Below are positions 1 through 9,730 of a stretch of DNA of 64,000 bases, in pieces. Under the pieces are notes generated by a model, which saw only the letters and a list, made by a program, of their open reading frames with translations, searched no databases and was not told the origin of the DNA. The DNA comes from an uncultured delta proteobacterium (GTDB taxonomy: Bacteria > Desulfobacterota > BSN033 > UBA1163): assembly GCA_963827685.1 (NCBI GenBank), contig CAWHBU010000003.1, positions 1,174,140-1,238,139 on the forward strand, given 5' to 3'. Position 1 is the stretch's first letter; the number at the start of each line of letters is the position of its first letter. The position numbers and the translations under genes were made by a program.

Positions 1-1
1 T

Positions 2-1600
2 CCGGAACAATATGGTAGCCTTTATATGTTTTTCATTCATATAGAAAACCTCATTGATTTCCACCTCACCCCGCAGGAAAAAGTCCAAGCGGATTCTTTT
101 GTAAAATTGAAAGATCAAGAGAGATGGTATTTTGTCGGAGATCACGAGGAATTGGATGCCACAAAAGTCTCACCAACTGATGGAAAGTATTCTAAATTAA
201 TGGGCAAAAGCATTGGAGAAAAAGTTACTTTTGAGGATAAGTATCGTTCAACCACGACTGAACATATAATAGAAAATATCCTGCCGATCGAAAAGTACAT
301 CCTTTGGCAGTGCATGCATCATGCCCAACAACTATCACTCGAACGTAGATGGAATGTGATGGAAATGATCGAGGTCCCCACAACGGGAGAAGGGATAGAC
401 ACAAAATACATTGTTGCCCGACTAGAGGATGAAAGAAAGAAGAAAGGCGGCCTTTTTGATCTCTATTGTCGAGAGAATGTTCCTTTAGCATTTCTCGCGG
501 TTAATGAAGGAGGTCTGAGAGGAGCAATCGCGCGCATAACCCAGGAAAACAGCGGTTTTATAAAATTCAGTTCAGGAGATCCAACAGAGCTAAATCACCA
601 GAAAGAGGTAGCAAAGAGAATCATTTCGGGTCAGCCTTTCTATATTGACGGCACATCCGCCTTAGTGCTTTCAGAACCGGGCATACTGGAAAAGATTTAC
701 GAGCACTTACCAAATCTCAAGGTTCCCCAGTCCGTAATCGCTTTCTTGCTAGAAACTGAAGGAAAATTCCGATACATGCCTGGACTTGCTGGATATATGG
801 GATACGCCCAGGGAAGATTAACGTTTTCATCTGTTGATGAGGAAACGAGAGCAAGTATTCAAAGAAACTTTAAACATTCAATAAAACTTCTTGAATCCAA
901 GCCCCAAAATATCACCGCCATTTCTACTGCAAATAAAGTAAATTCTTTCTGTGAACAAGAGGTCCAAGCAGAATTGTGTGATTCATGCGTATTAGCCCAA
1001 AAAGAAAGGGTCCCTGTTCTTACCGAAGATTTTCTCTATCTCCAAGCAAACGAACTTGATACTAAAAAGAAGGCCCCCGAATACTGTTCTGCTTTTGCTC
1101 TGGCAAGGGTGCTGTACGAACAAAAGAAACTCACTTTCGAAGATTATTTGAAGTTTTTTGCTTACCTCTCTTCCTATCGTTTCAGATTCCTCCCCATCGC
1201 CACTGAGGATATCGGAAAGGCCGTGTTTGGTGATGGCACAATAATAATAGTACAACCTGAAAGAATTAGATGGTTCAATTTCCCTCTGACGCTGTCAGAA
1301 CAATATGGTGTTCCTTTCGACCGCGCGTTTAGCGTGGTGGCAGGATTCCTGACGAACGTTGTGATTGATGATACCATATTCCCAGAAACCGCGGAACGAA
1401 TCTTTGTTGAAATCCTCTCCACTTTCCCAACAGAAAAAGATAAGAGAATCTTGGGAAAAATGTTCTTAACAATCAGCATTAAAGAAATAAATAGGATTCG
1501 GCAAACAATATTTATTGGAACCACGGCACAAAAGAAAATCGCTCTGCTTTCGCAGATTGCGGAAATTTATAGTCCAAAAACCAATCTATGGAAACCTTAA
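2..1600 (+). CDS. C-terminal part of a large protein with GreA/GreB-C-like and PIN-like domains (5' truncated by the window)
   Basis: Frame is open from base 2. 'LMGKSIGEKVTF' resembles the GreA/B C-terminus. 'YIDGTSAL' and 'VLTEDFLY' resemble PIN acidic motifs. Confidence 0.55.
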   Translation, partial: PEQYGSLYMFFIHIENLIDFHLTPQEKVQADSFVKLKDQERWYFVGDHEELDATKVSPTDGKYSKLMGKSIGEKVTFEDKYRSTTTEHIIENILPIEKYILWQCMHHAQQLSLERRWNVMEMIEVPTTGEGIDTKYIVARLEDERKKKGGLFDLYCRENVPLAFLAVNEGGLRGAIARITQENSGFIKFSSGDPTELNHQKEVAKRIISGQPFYIDGTSALVLSEPGILEKIYEHLPNLKVPQSVIAFLLETEGKFRYMPGLAGYMGYAQGRLTFSSVDEETRASIQRNFKHSIKLLESKPQNITAISTANKVNSFCEQEVQAELCDSCVLAQKERVPVLTEDFLYLQANELDTKKKAPEYCSAFALARVLYEQKKLTFEDYLKFFAYLSSYRFRFLPIATEDIGKAVFGDGTIIIVQPERIRWFNFPLTLSEQYGVPFDRAFSVVAGFLTNVVIDDTIFPETAERIFVEILSTFPTEKDKRILGKMFLTISIKEINRIRQTIFIGTTAQKKIALLSQIAEIYSPKTNLWKP

Positions 1601-1613
1601 GAAAAGTAGGCCT

Positions 1614-1710
1614 GGGGGCAGACTTAAATATTGACATCTAAGGACAAAAAGAAAGATTGTCTTGTCTTTGAAGAGAGTAAGGAAAAATCTCAATTATTGA
1701 GTCTAACCCG
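1614..1710. repeat. 97-bp inverted-repeat element, copy 1, followed by an IS-end-like tail to ~1765
   Basis: GGGGGCAGACTTAAATATTGA...TCAATTATTGAGTCTAACCC; near-identical to the copies at 4174, 6406, 7711 and 9731. Confidence 0.9.
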
Positions 1711-1801
1711 AAAGATCCACGAAAACACCATTCTCACTGGGAAAAAAGGGCTTTTCCTATAGGCTGCTTCGTTGCATGGGAAGGAACAGAATTGAATTAC
1801 C

Positions 1802-2386
1802 ATGAAACAATTCGGACTTACTGAAGATCAGTTCCAAGAGTTAATGCGGCTTTCTCGTCTCTACCGCCGAGAGGCTGACCGATCTATGGACGCAAAGGCT
1901 TATCTTGCGGGTTGTGTGATGATTGGGGCTGCCCTTGAAGCTTGCCTTCTTGCGACGTGTGACTGCTATTCTGACGAGATTCCAGAAGAACTGATTCCTA
2001 AACAGAAGAATGGCAAGCCGAAATACCTCTTGGACTGGACTCTTTTTCAGCTTCTTCGCGTAGCGCGCGAGTGTGGCTGGCTTCCAGCACACCTGAACCT
2101 ACACGAGAATTGGGACGAAAAGCGGGCTGATATCGGGGATTACGCTGTTGTGCTCAAGGAGATGCGAAATTTGGTGCACGCAAGCTGTCACATCGCAGAT
2201 TTCCCGAAATCCCGAGTCACTAAACGGCGAATGGAGATGTGTTTCGAGATTTTGGAGGTAGCCAGCACGCACTTGCAGGCCAAACTCTATCAGTCACTGA
2301 AGGTGGCAATGGAAGAAGAGGAAAAAAAACACCGAGCGAGTCGCCCCACCGCATGGCCGATAAATCCGGCTCACAGTGAGCCGTAG
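1802..2386 (+). CDS. Cassette gene, HEPN/Abi-like protein
   Basis: ORF with 'GAALEACL' helix and RNxxH motif (MRNLVH). Confidence 0.5.
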   Translation: MKQFGLTEDQFQELMRLSRLYRREADRSMDAKAYLAGCVMIGAALEACLLATCDCYSDEIPEELIPKQKNGKPKYLLDWTLFQLLRVARECGWLPAHLNLHENWDEKRADIGDYAVVLKEMRNLVHASCHIADFPKSRVTKRRMEMCFEILEVASTHLQAKLYQSLKVAMEEEEKKHRASRPTAWPINPAHSEP

Positions 2387-2394
2387 CGTTCGCC
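2331..2394 (+). other. Degenerate attC site
   Basis: Internal GCCGATAAATCCGG is shared with the site at 3335; ends in GTTCGCC at 2388. Confidence 0.55.
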
Positions 2395-2433
2395 TTACAT
2401 CAAAATATTTCGACGATCTATCCAGAGTGAGAA

Positions 2434-3297
2434 ATGAATACCAATACAAGCTTGATGGAAAAATTTATTGCAGATAGGAAGAAGCTGAAATCATATTCTA
2501 GCCTGAAATATGAATCGCGTGCTCCAAGACCATACCTTTTCATTGACCAGCCTGAAGTTCTTGCAGGCTTTGCCGGGTATTTAAAATTCCAATGCTTAAA
2601 GAAGGATCCCACGACCAAAGTCTTTTGCAGGGGACAGGTTAACGACTACCCAAGCATTCCAAGTCTTTTCAGAGGTAAAAACTTGTCCGATGACCACCTT
2701 AAACGAAGGCTGGCGGCATATGAAGCACTGGTCTGCAAAGCCAAGTACCTTTACAACGCCAGTCGCTTTCAGCAAGAGAACATTCATGCAATATTGCAGC
2801 ATTATGGCCTAAAAACCCCCTGGCTCGATTTAGTCGACAATGTCTTCGTTGCTCTTTGGTTTGCAACTCACAAATATTTCGGTGAGAATAATGGAAATAA
2901 GGCGCACTACAAAATATCAAGAAAACAGTTTGGCCATATTTACTTTTACGCAACCACCCCAAAAACAAAGTATTTCGATTTAAGAGAAAAGCATTCATCG
3001 TTGAGCCTACGCTTGCATGTGCAGCATGGAATTTCAATTACGAGAAAAGAAATAAAATGGACTCTCGCGAACAGATGTCTTGACGACCATCTTGTTGCAA
3101 CAGTTAAATTCCCAAATGGAAAAGAATGGCGGCCTAGTGGCCAGATATTTTCCACAAGGTTTCTTTTTCCATCTACCGACCTCGATAATACATACAAATA
3201 TCTAAAGATGAAGAAATTCAGCGAATTACTGAACGAGATCAGCCACAGATACCAACTAGGGGAAGATGAACTTGGCAGAGTCGCCGATTTCGGATAG
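2434..3297 (+). CDS. FRG domain protein (cassette)
   Basis: Motifs FCRGQ, PSLFR and QHYGLKTPWLD...VALWFA. Confidence 0.85.
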   Translation: MNTNTSLMEKFIADRKKLKSYSSLKYESRAPRPYLFIDQPEVLAGFAGYLKFQCLKKDPTTKVFCRGQVNDYPSIPSLFRGKNLSDDHLKRRLAAYEALVCKAKYLYNASRFQQENIHAILQHYGLKTPWLDLVDNVFVALWFATHKYFGENNGNKAHYKISRKQFGHIYFYATTPKTKYFDLREKHSSLSLRLHVQHGISITRKEIKWTLANRCLDDHLVATVKFPNGKEWRPSGQIFSTRFLFPSTDLDNTYKYLKMKKFSELLNEISHRYQLGEDELGRVADFG

Positions 3298-3334
3298 TCT
3301 TTTTCAAAAAGAAAAGATAAATGCACCAAAAAAA

Positions 3335-3397
3335 GCCGAACCAATGTATGCAGCGGATCGCCGATAAATCCGGTCCCTGGTGAACTTTGTGCTAGGA
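3335..3397 (+). other. attC site
   Basis: GCCGAAC...GCTAGGA, 63 bp imperfect palindrome just after the stop codon. R'' matches the GTTCGCC at the cassette start at 6/7 positions. Confidence 0.65.
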
Positions 3398-3410
3398 GCA
3401 AAACGAAACA

Positions 3411-4013
3411 ATGAATTCCAACCAGTTCGCTAAGCTCAAGGGGTGGGTAGATTACGACCGCCCATTCCTCTCGCAATTGACCTACAAGCAGAAAATAATT
3501 TGGTTACGGCGGCGATTGAACCTAACGCTGATCAAACCACTGAAATATGTTTATCGAGGAGTGTCGCGTAGCTCGCAACAATCGGCACTCTTAATTCTTG
3601 CCACGATAATTTGTTGTGCAATCGAGGCTATGGGCAAATTTTATATCGGGGGAAGAGGCAACAACCATTCCAGGTTCAATGGGTTTCTAAGAGGATTCAT
3701 GCACAGTGATTTTATGAGTCACAGCATCCAGGGAATGAGGTATGGCGATATCCTCTGGTATTACTTTCGCAATGGCTTGGCTCATGGGTTTGCCATTTGC
3801 CATGGTGGATTTGAATACCAGGACAGTTATTTTTCAGTCAAGATTAATGGTCCCAAAGAAACTCTCTTAATCGACCCTAAGAACTTTCTCGACAACTTTT
3901 TAAACGGAGTTAAGAAATACCTCGACGCTCTCCACAAATCGTCACCAACAAGAGACAAAGTCGCTCGAGATTTCGAAAAGGTTTTCAAGAGTGTGTTCAT
4001 CGATGGGAAATAG
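3411..4013 (+). CDS. Cassette gene, HEPN-like protein
   Basis: RxxxxH motif FRNGLAH; similar in layout to the ORF at 41454-41963. Confidence 0.5.
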   Translation: MNSNQFAKLKGWVDYDRPFLSQLTYKQKIIWLRRRLNLTLIKPLKYVYRGVSRSSQQSALLILATIICCAIEAMGKFYIGGRGNNHSRFNGFLRGFMHSDFMSHSIQGMRYGDILWYYFRNGLAHGFAICHGGFEYQDSYFSVKINGPKETLLIDPKNFLDNFLNGVKKYLDALHKSSPTRDKVARDFEKVFKSVFIDGK

Positions 4014-4016
4014 GGC

Positions 4017-4084
4017 CCCCAACAAATCATTCGACCGGATGTTCAAAACGTCAGTCACTTCAAACGGAGACACGTCCGTAAGGC
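4017..4084 (+). other. Degenerate attC site
   Basis: CCCCAAC just after the stop codon; possible decayed R' GTAAGGC at 4078. Confidence 0.4.
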
Positions 4085-4120
4085 CACCGCCAGAGGACCT
4101 GCCAGGGGAGGACCTGCCAG

Positions 4121-4315
4121 GGGGACGTAGTTGAAAAATAACACTTTACAGATACGGAAATGTATAGAACCCTGGGGTCAGACTTGAATATTGACATCTA
4201 AGGACAAAAAGAAAGAATGTCTTGTCTCTGAAGAGAGTAAGGAAAAATCTCAATGATTGATTCTGACCCCGAATACACCGTTCTCACTCGTCAAAACGAC
4301 TTTTTCTACAGGCTC
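4121..4315. repeat. Full composite element: module A (4121-4173) + 97-bp IR core (4174-4270) + IS-end-like tail (4271-4315)
   Basis: GGGGACGTAGTTGAAAAATAACACTTTACAGAT, then GGGGTCAGA...TCTGACCCC, then ...TTTTTCTACAGGCTC abutting GTTATAC at 4316. Confidence 0.9.
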
Positions 4316-4340
4316 GTTATACCCAAGGAGGCGTAGCCGA

Positions 4341-5777
4341 ATGACCGCTCCCAAGCTTTTCATTTCCTACAGCTGGTCAAGCGCCGAACACGAACAACGG
4401 ATCCTGGATCTCGCAACAGAGTTGCGCGAGTCCGGCGTGGACGTCATCTTGGACAAATGGGATCTCAAGGAAGGGCATGACGCCGTTGTTTTCATGGAGC
4501 AGATGGTTACCAATCCTGAGATCAAGAAGGTCGCAATCATCTGCGATGAGACATATGCAGCGAAGGCCGATGGCCGTGCTGAAGGCGTAGGAGCAGAGAC
4601 ACAGATCATCTCAAAGGAAGTCTACGAGAACCAGGCCCAGGAGAAATTTGTCGCTGTCGTGACCGAAAAGGACGAAAACGGGAAGCCGTTTCTCCCAACG
4701 TACTACAAATCGCGTATTTACATTGATCTTAGCGAAGCCGACCGGTACGCAGAAAATTTCGAGCGACTGTTAAGATGGATATTTGACAAGCCCCTCTACG
4801 TCAAACCCGAGCTTGGAAACAGGCCATCTTTCTTATCTGAAGGCGCACATGTTTCTCTGGGCACGGCTGTCCTCTTCAAGAGGTGCATAGATGCCATAAA
4901 AAACCATAAGGCATACGCTGAGGGCGCGTTCGACGAATACTGCAGTTCATTTACATCAAATCTGGAACGCTTCAGGTTATTAAAACCGGAAGGAGAGTTT
5001 GATGATGCGGTAGTCAAGAACATAGAAGAATTTCTGCCATATCGCAATGAACTTATTCAACTATTGACTACGGTTGCTCGGTACTCTCCAACCCCGGAAT
5101 TCACACAACGAATTCATCGTCTGTTCGAGAGCTTGATCCCGTATATGAACAGGGCTCCGAACATTACACATTGGAACGAGTGGGATTTCGATAACTTCAA
5201 GTTCACAGTACACGAGTTGTTCCTGTATGCGTTGGCTGTGCTCTTGAAGGATGATCGGCTATATCAAGCGAATCTTCTTCTTCAACAGCAATATTATTTG
5301 CCAGGGAATTCAGACTATGGTCGAGATGCAATGGTCAGTTTTGTGGTTTTCCGGCAGCACATGCTATCGCTAGAACATCGCAACACCCGATTGGATCTCC
5401 GCCGGGCATCCATTCGAGCCGATTTATTGAAGGAACGATGTAACGGAACAGGAATCGACTTCCGTTATCTAATGCAAGCGGATTTCGTCGCCTTCATGCG
5501 CGCGGAGGTTGAAGCGAAGAACGACTGGAGCCGTTGGTGGCCTGAAACGTTGCTCTATCTCGGGCACTTCAATAGCCCATTCGAAATTTTTGCCAGATCT
5601 GTTTCGAAGACCTACTTCGATAGGGCCAAGGTATTACTTGCCATTGATACTCCGAAGGATCTAGAGCCTTTACTCAAGAGCTATCAAGACTGCTCACGAA
5701 CATTACCCAGATGGCCGTTCCAAGGCTTCAACCCTGCAGTCCTGCTTGGATACGAACACCTAGCCACTCGGCCGTAA
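4341..5777 (+). CDS. TIR/SEFIR domain protein (cassette)
   Basis: N-terminal KLFISYSW...GVDVILDKWDL...GVGAETQII; RBS AGGAGG before the ATG at 4341; stop lies inside CCGTAAC. Confidence 0.85.
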   Translation: MTAPKLFISYSWSSAEHEQRILDLATELRESGVDVILDKWDLKEGHDAVVFMEQMVTNPEIKKVAIICDETYAAKADGRAEGVGAETQIISKEVYENQAQEKFVAVVTEKDENGKPFLPTYYKSRIYIDLSEADRYAENFERLLRWIFDKPLYVKPELGNRPSFLSEGAHVSLGTAVLFKRCIDAIKNHKAYAEGAFDEYCSSFTSNLERFRLLKPEGEFDDAVVKNIEEFLPYRNELIQLLTTVARYSPTPEFTQRIHRLFESLIPYMNRAPNITHWNEWDFDNFKFTVHELFLYALAVLLKDDRLYQANLLLQQQYYLPGNSDYGRDAMVSFVVFRQHMLSLEHRNTRLDLRRASIRADLLKERCNGTGIDFRYLMQADFVAFMRAEVEAKNDWSRWWPETLLYLGHFNSPFEIFARSVSKTYFDRAKVLLAIDTPKDLEPLLKSYQDCSRTLPRWPFQGFNPAVLLGYEHLATRP

Positions 5778-5916
5778 CCAGGACGGGAAATGGGGGACGT
5801 AGGGAAAAATGCAACTCTTCAGTGTTGATACAAGATTAACCATTTTACGCAGCTAATTTAATGCTAGAAGGAGAAGCTTTGAAGGTTAGACAGAATGTTG
5901 GAGGTCGATTTTTTGA

Positions 5917-6372
5917 ATGAAAGCAACGATTCGATCAAAATCTGATCAGGCGTTTAGACAGTCTGTCCGACCACTTGGTTTGTTTTTCTTGCTAGCCAGC
6001 ATTATGATGATCCAGGTCTTCTTTGTTTTTCCAGATGAAGACTGGAGTCAATTTCCATTCCCTTTTCTCCACTCGGTAGTTGGGAAAAAGTTGTTAATTG
6101 CCTTTTCTGATGTCTTGCTTTTTTATATCGGTTTTGGTCTTCTGAGAAAATGGAAAATTGCATGGTATACGCTATTCGTATATATCATTAGTGGAACAAT
6201 ATGGATAGCTTTAGGGGCTATCTTTGATTATTTCCCAGGTAATGTTCCAAAATACCTTATGGGTATGGCAGCCATCTTGATCAATGGGGGAATAGCTATA
6301 GGCATCTACTTTGCTACGCGTCCTGCTTTCGTTAATTTACAGAGGGACCAGATGGACGTAGTTGAAAAATAA
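5917..6372 (+). CDS. Hypothetical membrane protein; the 3' end runs into repeat module A
   Basis: Four hydrophobic segments; last codons overlap GGACGTAGTTGAAAAATAA. Confidence 0.6.
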   Translation: MKATIRSKSDQAFRQSVRPLGLFFLLASIMMIQVFFVFPDEDWSQFPFPFLHSVVGKKLLIAFSDVLLFYIGFGLLRKWKIAWYTLFVYIISGTIWIALGAIFDYFPGNVPKYLMGMAAILINGGIAIGIYFATRPAFVNLQRDQMDVVEK

Positions 6373-6501
6373 CACTTTACAGATATAGAAATGTGAAGAA
6401 GCCCTGGGGCCAGACTTAAATATTGAAATCTAAGGACAAAAAGAAAGATTGTCTGTCTTTGACGAGAGTAAGGAAAAATCTCAATAATTGTTTCTGACCC
6501 C
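6353..6501. repeat. Module A + IR core, copy 3 (core 6406-6501)
   Basis: Direct sequence similarity to 4121-4270. Confidence 0.9.
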
Positions 6502-6598
6502 GAAGATTTTTATTCCTGACGCGGATTAGCCGCGTCAGCTTTTGGGTATTGCTGATTGCCCCCGCAGGTTATGCAAATCGTTAGGGCATATACAGACA

Positions 6599-7204
6599 AT
6601 GATGTCGAACCTCCACCATAGCGATGATTCAGTGGATTTCTGGGTGTGGATTAATCCGCAGAATTGGCTCGTAAAGCACCAGATTACTTTCACCGGAGGT
6701 TTCACGTCAGGCGGTTTGCTCAAGAAGGGAGCGTCAAATCTGATGTTCATTCCTAATCCTGAGTTCAAGTCAGATATCACCCCTTTTCAATTCGGCATCA
6801 TGCGGGAGTACATGGCGGAATATAACCTCGAACTTGGGAGAGAACGTTATTTTGCTGACTACCCCAGCCGTTTGAACGCAATCTACCTCTTTACCTCTGA
6901 GGCCGAAGCGCATAAATACAAAGAGAGACATATGCAACACGTAGGCGACAGAATCCTCAAGAAAGTTCACTCGGTGACCCCTTGCGTGTATTCCGTCCAT
7001 GATTCCAGTTGGGTGGACTTTCTTCGTCTGGCGCACTCTGTGGATTCGGTGTCCCTTGATAATGTTAGTAAGGCATACTGGGGTGGCGTGCGCGTCGAGG
7101 ACAACAAGTTGTTGTCAATGGGAGCGCCTTGGTCACAAGAGGCAATCTTCGAAGCTTTGTTCCTTGGCCGTATTGAGTTCTATGACAGAAACCTTGATCG
7201 CTAA
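6599..7204 (+). CDS. Cassette gene, DUF2441-like hypothetical protein
   Basis: 'RERYFADYPSRLNAIYLF' motif; follows GTTAGGG at 6580; TAA stop lies within CGCTAAC. Confidence 0.45.
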   Translation: MMSNLHHSDDSVDFWVWINPQNWLVKHQITFTGGFTSGGLLKKGASNLMFIPNPEFKSDITPFQFGIMREYMAEYNLELGRERYFADYPSRLNAIYLFTSEAEAHKYKERHMQHVGDRILKKVHSVTPCVYSVHDSSWVDFLRLAHSVDSVSLDNVSKAYWGGVRVEDNKLLSMGAPWSQEAIFEALFLGRIEFYDRNLDR

Positions 7205-7265
7205 CAACTCGTGCACCGGACGTAGAGCATAACTGCGTGCCACGCCAGTGAGCACCGCGTTGGGC
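7199..7265 (+). other. attC site
   Basis: CGCTAAC...GTTGGGC, 67 bp, inner boxes TGCACCGG/CCAGTGAGCA, canonical GTTRRRY. Confidence 0.8.
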
Positions 7266-7348
7266 TGATATTGAATCAGCAAAGTCTTAAGATGGACTCA
7301 AGTCTTTTATGCACGATATTGGCAGCTGAAAAGGAGGTGGATGTTCTG

Positions 7349-7663
7349 ATGATTAACAGCATCATAGCTATCATTTCGTTGTTAACATCCATAATAGCGA
7401 TAGTTATTTCTATAATGGCATTCTCGTGGAATAGAAAAATTTCAATGCTTCAGGCAGACGATAACATAATTAATTATGTGTCTGCTATTTTCAATTTTCT
7501 TGAAAAATCAAAATCGCTAGGACCAGATGAACGTGAACTATTTAAAGCTCTTCTCCGTGATAGCACCTTTCTGGGGCCAACTACTAAGGAGTTGATAACA
7601 GAGAAATACTTCTCCCGTTGGCAAGTTGATGAAGAGCTGGAGAAATATTTTAAATCTATTTAG
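7349..7663 (+). CDS. Small membrane-anchored hypothetical protein (cassette)
   Basis: RBS AGGAGGTG; N-terminal TM helix; cassette bounded by GTTGGGC (7259) and GCCCAAC (7677). Confidence 0.6.
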   Translation: MINSIIAIISLLTSIIAIVISIMAFSWNRKISMLQADDNIINYVSAIFNFLEKSKSLGPDERELFKALLRDSTFLGPTTKELITEKYFSRWQVDEELEKYFKSI

Positions 7664-7710
7664 TGAAAATTTCGAAGCCCAACCAGTAGGTTTAGTAGGA
7701 CTGCAGGCAT

Positions 7711-7861
7711 GGGGTCAGATTTAAATATTGCCCTTAAAGGACAAAAAGAAAGAATACCTTGTCTTTGAAGAGGGTAAGGAAAAATCTAAATAATTATGTC
7801 TGACCCGAAAGACTCCGAAAACACCCTTCTCACTGGTCAAAAGGACTTTTTCTACAGGCTC
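7711..7861. repeat. IR core copy 4 (7711-7807) + IS-end-like tail, interrupting an attC
   Basis: Follows the attC left end GCCCAAC (7677); tail TTTTTCTACAGGCTC abuts GTTGGTC (7862). Confidence 0.88.
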
Positions 7862-7877
7862 GTTGGTCGGAGAAGAT

Positions 7878-8216
7878 ATGAAATGTCCGCAGTGCGATAA
7901 TGACTTCTTGTTGACGTGGAAGCGATATATCAAAGCCCCATTGGGCAGGGTGTCCTGTCCTTCTTGCCATGCAAAGCTCGTATGCACGCATCGTTGGTTC
8001 TATTGGCCACTCATGATTCTAGGTTGTTGTATTCTGGGTATTCCTCTGGCCATATTGGGTGCGAACTATGGTGTTGCCGGCGCCCTGACGGGTTGGTTTA
8101 TCGGTGCGTTCGGCGTCGGAATCCCATTTGATAGGTTTCTTGAGATCAGGCTCTCAGTGCTGAGGATGAGACAGAATGAGACGTCCAACAAGCCGACTGG
8201 AGGCGATGTCCAATAG
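7878..8216 (+). CDS. Zn-ribbon membrane protein (cassette)
   Basis: CPQC...CPSC followed by two TM helices. Confidence 0.65.
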   Translation: MKCPQCDNDFLLTWKRYIKAPLGRVSCPSCHAKLVCTHRWFYWPLMILGCCILGIPLAILGANYGVAGALTGWFIGAFGVGIPFDRFLEIRLSVLRMRQNETSNKPTGGDVQ

Positions 8217-8242
8217 GGCGCGCCTCATTCGCGATGTTATGA
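8183..8242 (+). other. attC site
   Basis: GTCCAAC...GTTATGA, 60 bp, inner GAGGCG/CGCCTC. Confidence 0.75.
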
Positions 8243-8255
8243 GCAGACGAGGCAA

Positions 8256-8768
8256 ATGGAATACCTGACAGACATCATGAAACCAGAAGACTGGCAGCAA
8301 GTCCGGTCGATCTACCTCGAAGGCATCGCCACGGGCAATTCTACCTTTGAGGCAGATGTTCCTGATTGGGAGAAGTGGGAGTCTGCTCACCTACCGGAAC
8401 ACCGGTTAGTGGTCAGAGAAGGCGATAGTATTCTGGCATGGGCCGCACTGAGCCCCGTTTCCAGCCGCTGCGTTTACTTGGGTGTAGCGGAACTCAGTCT
8501 GTACGTGGCGGCCGGGCATAGAGGTAGAGGCATAGGGTCAGCCCTGCTTAAGGCAATCATAAACTCAACCGAAAAGGCCGGGCTGTGGACACTGCAAGGA
8601 GGCATCTTCCCTGAGAATACACCGAGCCTCCGCCTCGTGAAAAAGCATGGATTCAAGGAGATCGGAAGACGTGAGAGGATAGGCAAGATGACCTACGGTG
8701 ATCTTGCCGGAACTTGGCGAGACGTTATTTTGGTAGAACGCCGAAGCATTGTGACAGGCATAGATTGA
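8256..8768 (+). CDS. GNAT N-acetyltransferase, phosphinothricin-acetyltransferase/YncA-like (cassette)
   Basis: IYLEGIATGNSTFE, GVAELSLYV, RGRGIG acetyl-CoA motif, FPENTPS. Confidence 0.85.
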   Translation: MEYLTDIMKPEDWQQVRSIYLEGIATGNSTFEADVPDWEKWESAHLPEHRLVVREGDSILAWAALSPVSSRCVYLGVAELSLYVAAGHRGRGIGSALLKAIINSTEKAGLWTLQGGIFPENTPSLRLVKKHGFKEIGRRERIGKMTYGDLAGTWRDVILVERRSIVTGID

Positions 8769-8775
8769 AAAGACC

Positions 8776-8967
8776 TCATAACAAGGCGCTGAACCGGATC
8801 GCCCATAAGACGAGGAACGGCTCGGGGGGAAGTAATTGAAGAATAGCACTTTACAGATATGGAAATGTGTAGAGGCTTGGGATCAGACTTAAATATTGAG
8901 TTAGTGATATGATACCACAGTGACTATCGCCCAATAAGCGGGCTTCCCGGTGAGTTTCAGGTGAGTG
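8776..8967 (+). other. attC split by module A and the left end of the IR core (8826-8899)
   Basis: TCATAAC left end; ATCGCCCA(A)TAAG on both sides of the insert; right arm CCCGGTGAG and degenerate core GTGAGTG. Confidence 0.6.
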
Positions 8968-9074
8968 ATAAATAATTGGGATTTTGGAGATCCCATGTTT
9001 TGTCCGAAATGTAGAACTGAATATCGTGAAGGATTTTATGAAAATGGCAATCATATATAACTGTCAGGGCCCAT

Positions 9075-9686
9075 ATGTTGGAGGAAAACATGGAGCAGGG
9101 AAACGCCAAAGCCATCGTTATCTGTCCTTTCTGTAAGTCGGAAAACCCTGAAATAAGTATTTGCCTTACATGTGGGGCACAACTAAAGAGAGAAAAGTTG
9201 AATGCCAAAGACCTGATCCCAAGACCGGTATGGTTAACCGTCCTCGCCGGTCTTTACGCACTCCTTTTTATCAAAAATATGTTTCTTATTTTATTTCAAA
9301 AAAATGCAGCAGCCATCGTTATATTAATCATAATTGCCATTATCGAGATTTCAATGGCTTACGGTTTGTGGCAGCTTAAGAAATGGGCATGGACAGTAGT
9401 AGTCATAAGTTGCTTTGCAGGTCTCATATTCGTGTGGCTCATCCCGATATTACTGTGGTTAAATCCTTCCGAAGGCTTAAGATTATTCTACAAGGCTTTC
9501 TTTCATGTGACCGTTCGCCATCAGAATTCAATTGACTTCTTCAGGGCAGCAGCAATAAAAGGATCTTTGATAGGTGCCATCCTTACATCGATAATAAATG
9601 TTTTAATCTTGGTATATTTCTATAGTCCGCGCATACGTGAAATTTTCTCAGATAATCCTGTATTTTGGAAAGCGGCAAGCTTGTAA
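9075..9686 (+). CDS. Zn-ribbon membrane protein
   Basis: CPFC...CLTC plus about four TM helices. Confidence 0.65.
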   Translation: MLEENMEQGNAKAIVICPFCKSENPEISICLTCGAQLKREKLNAKDLIPRPVWLTVLAGLYALLFIKNMFLILFQKNAAAIVILIIIAIIEISMAYGLWQLKKWAWTVVVISCFAGLIFVWLIPILLWLNPSEGLRLFYKAFFHVTVRHQNSIDFFRAAAIKGSLIGAILTSIINVLILVYFYSPRIREIFSDNPVFWKAASL

Positions 9687-9730
9687 TGCTATAATCATGA
9701 ACATTAAACAATAGTGGTAAGAGGAACCCC

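Noticed and set aside
4093-4122. 15-bp tandem duplication read as a target-site duplication
   Set aside because: The copies are adjacent rather than flanking the element, and other element copies lack it.
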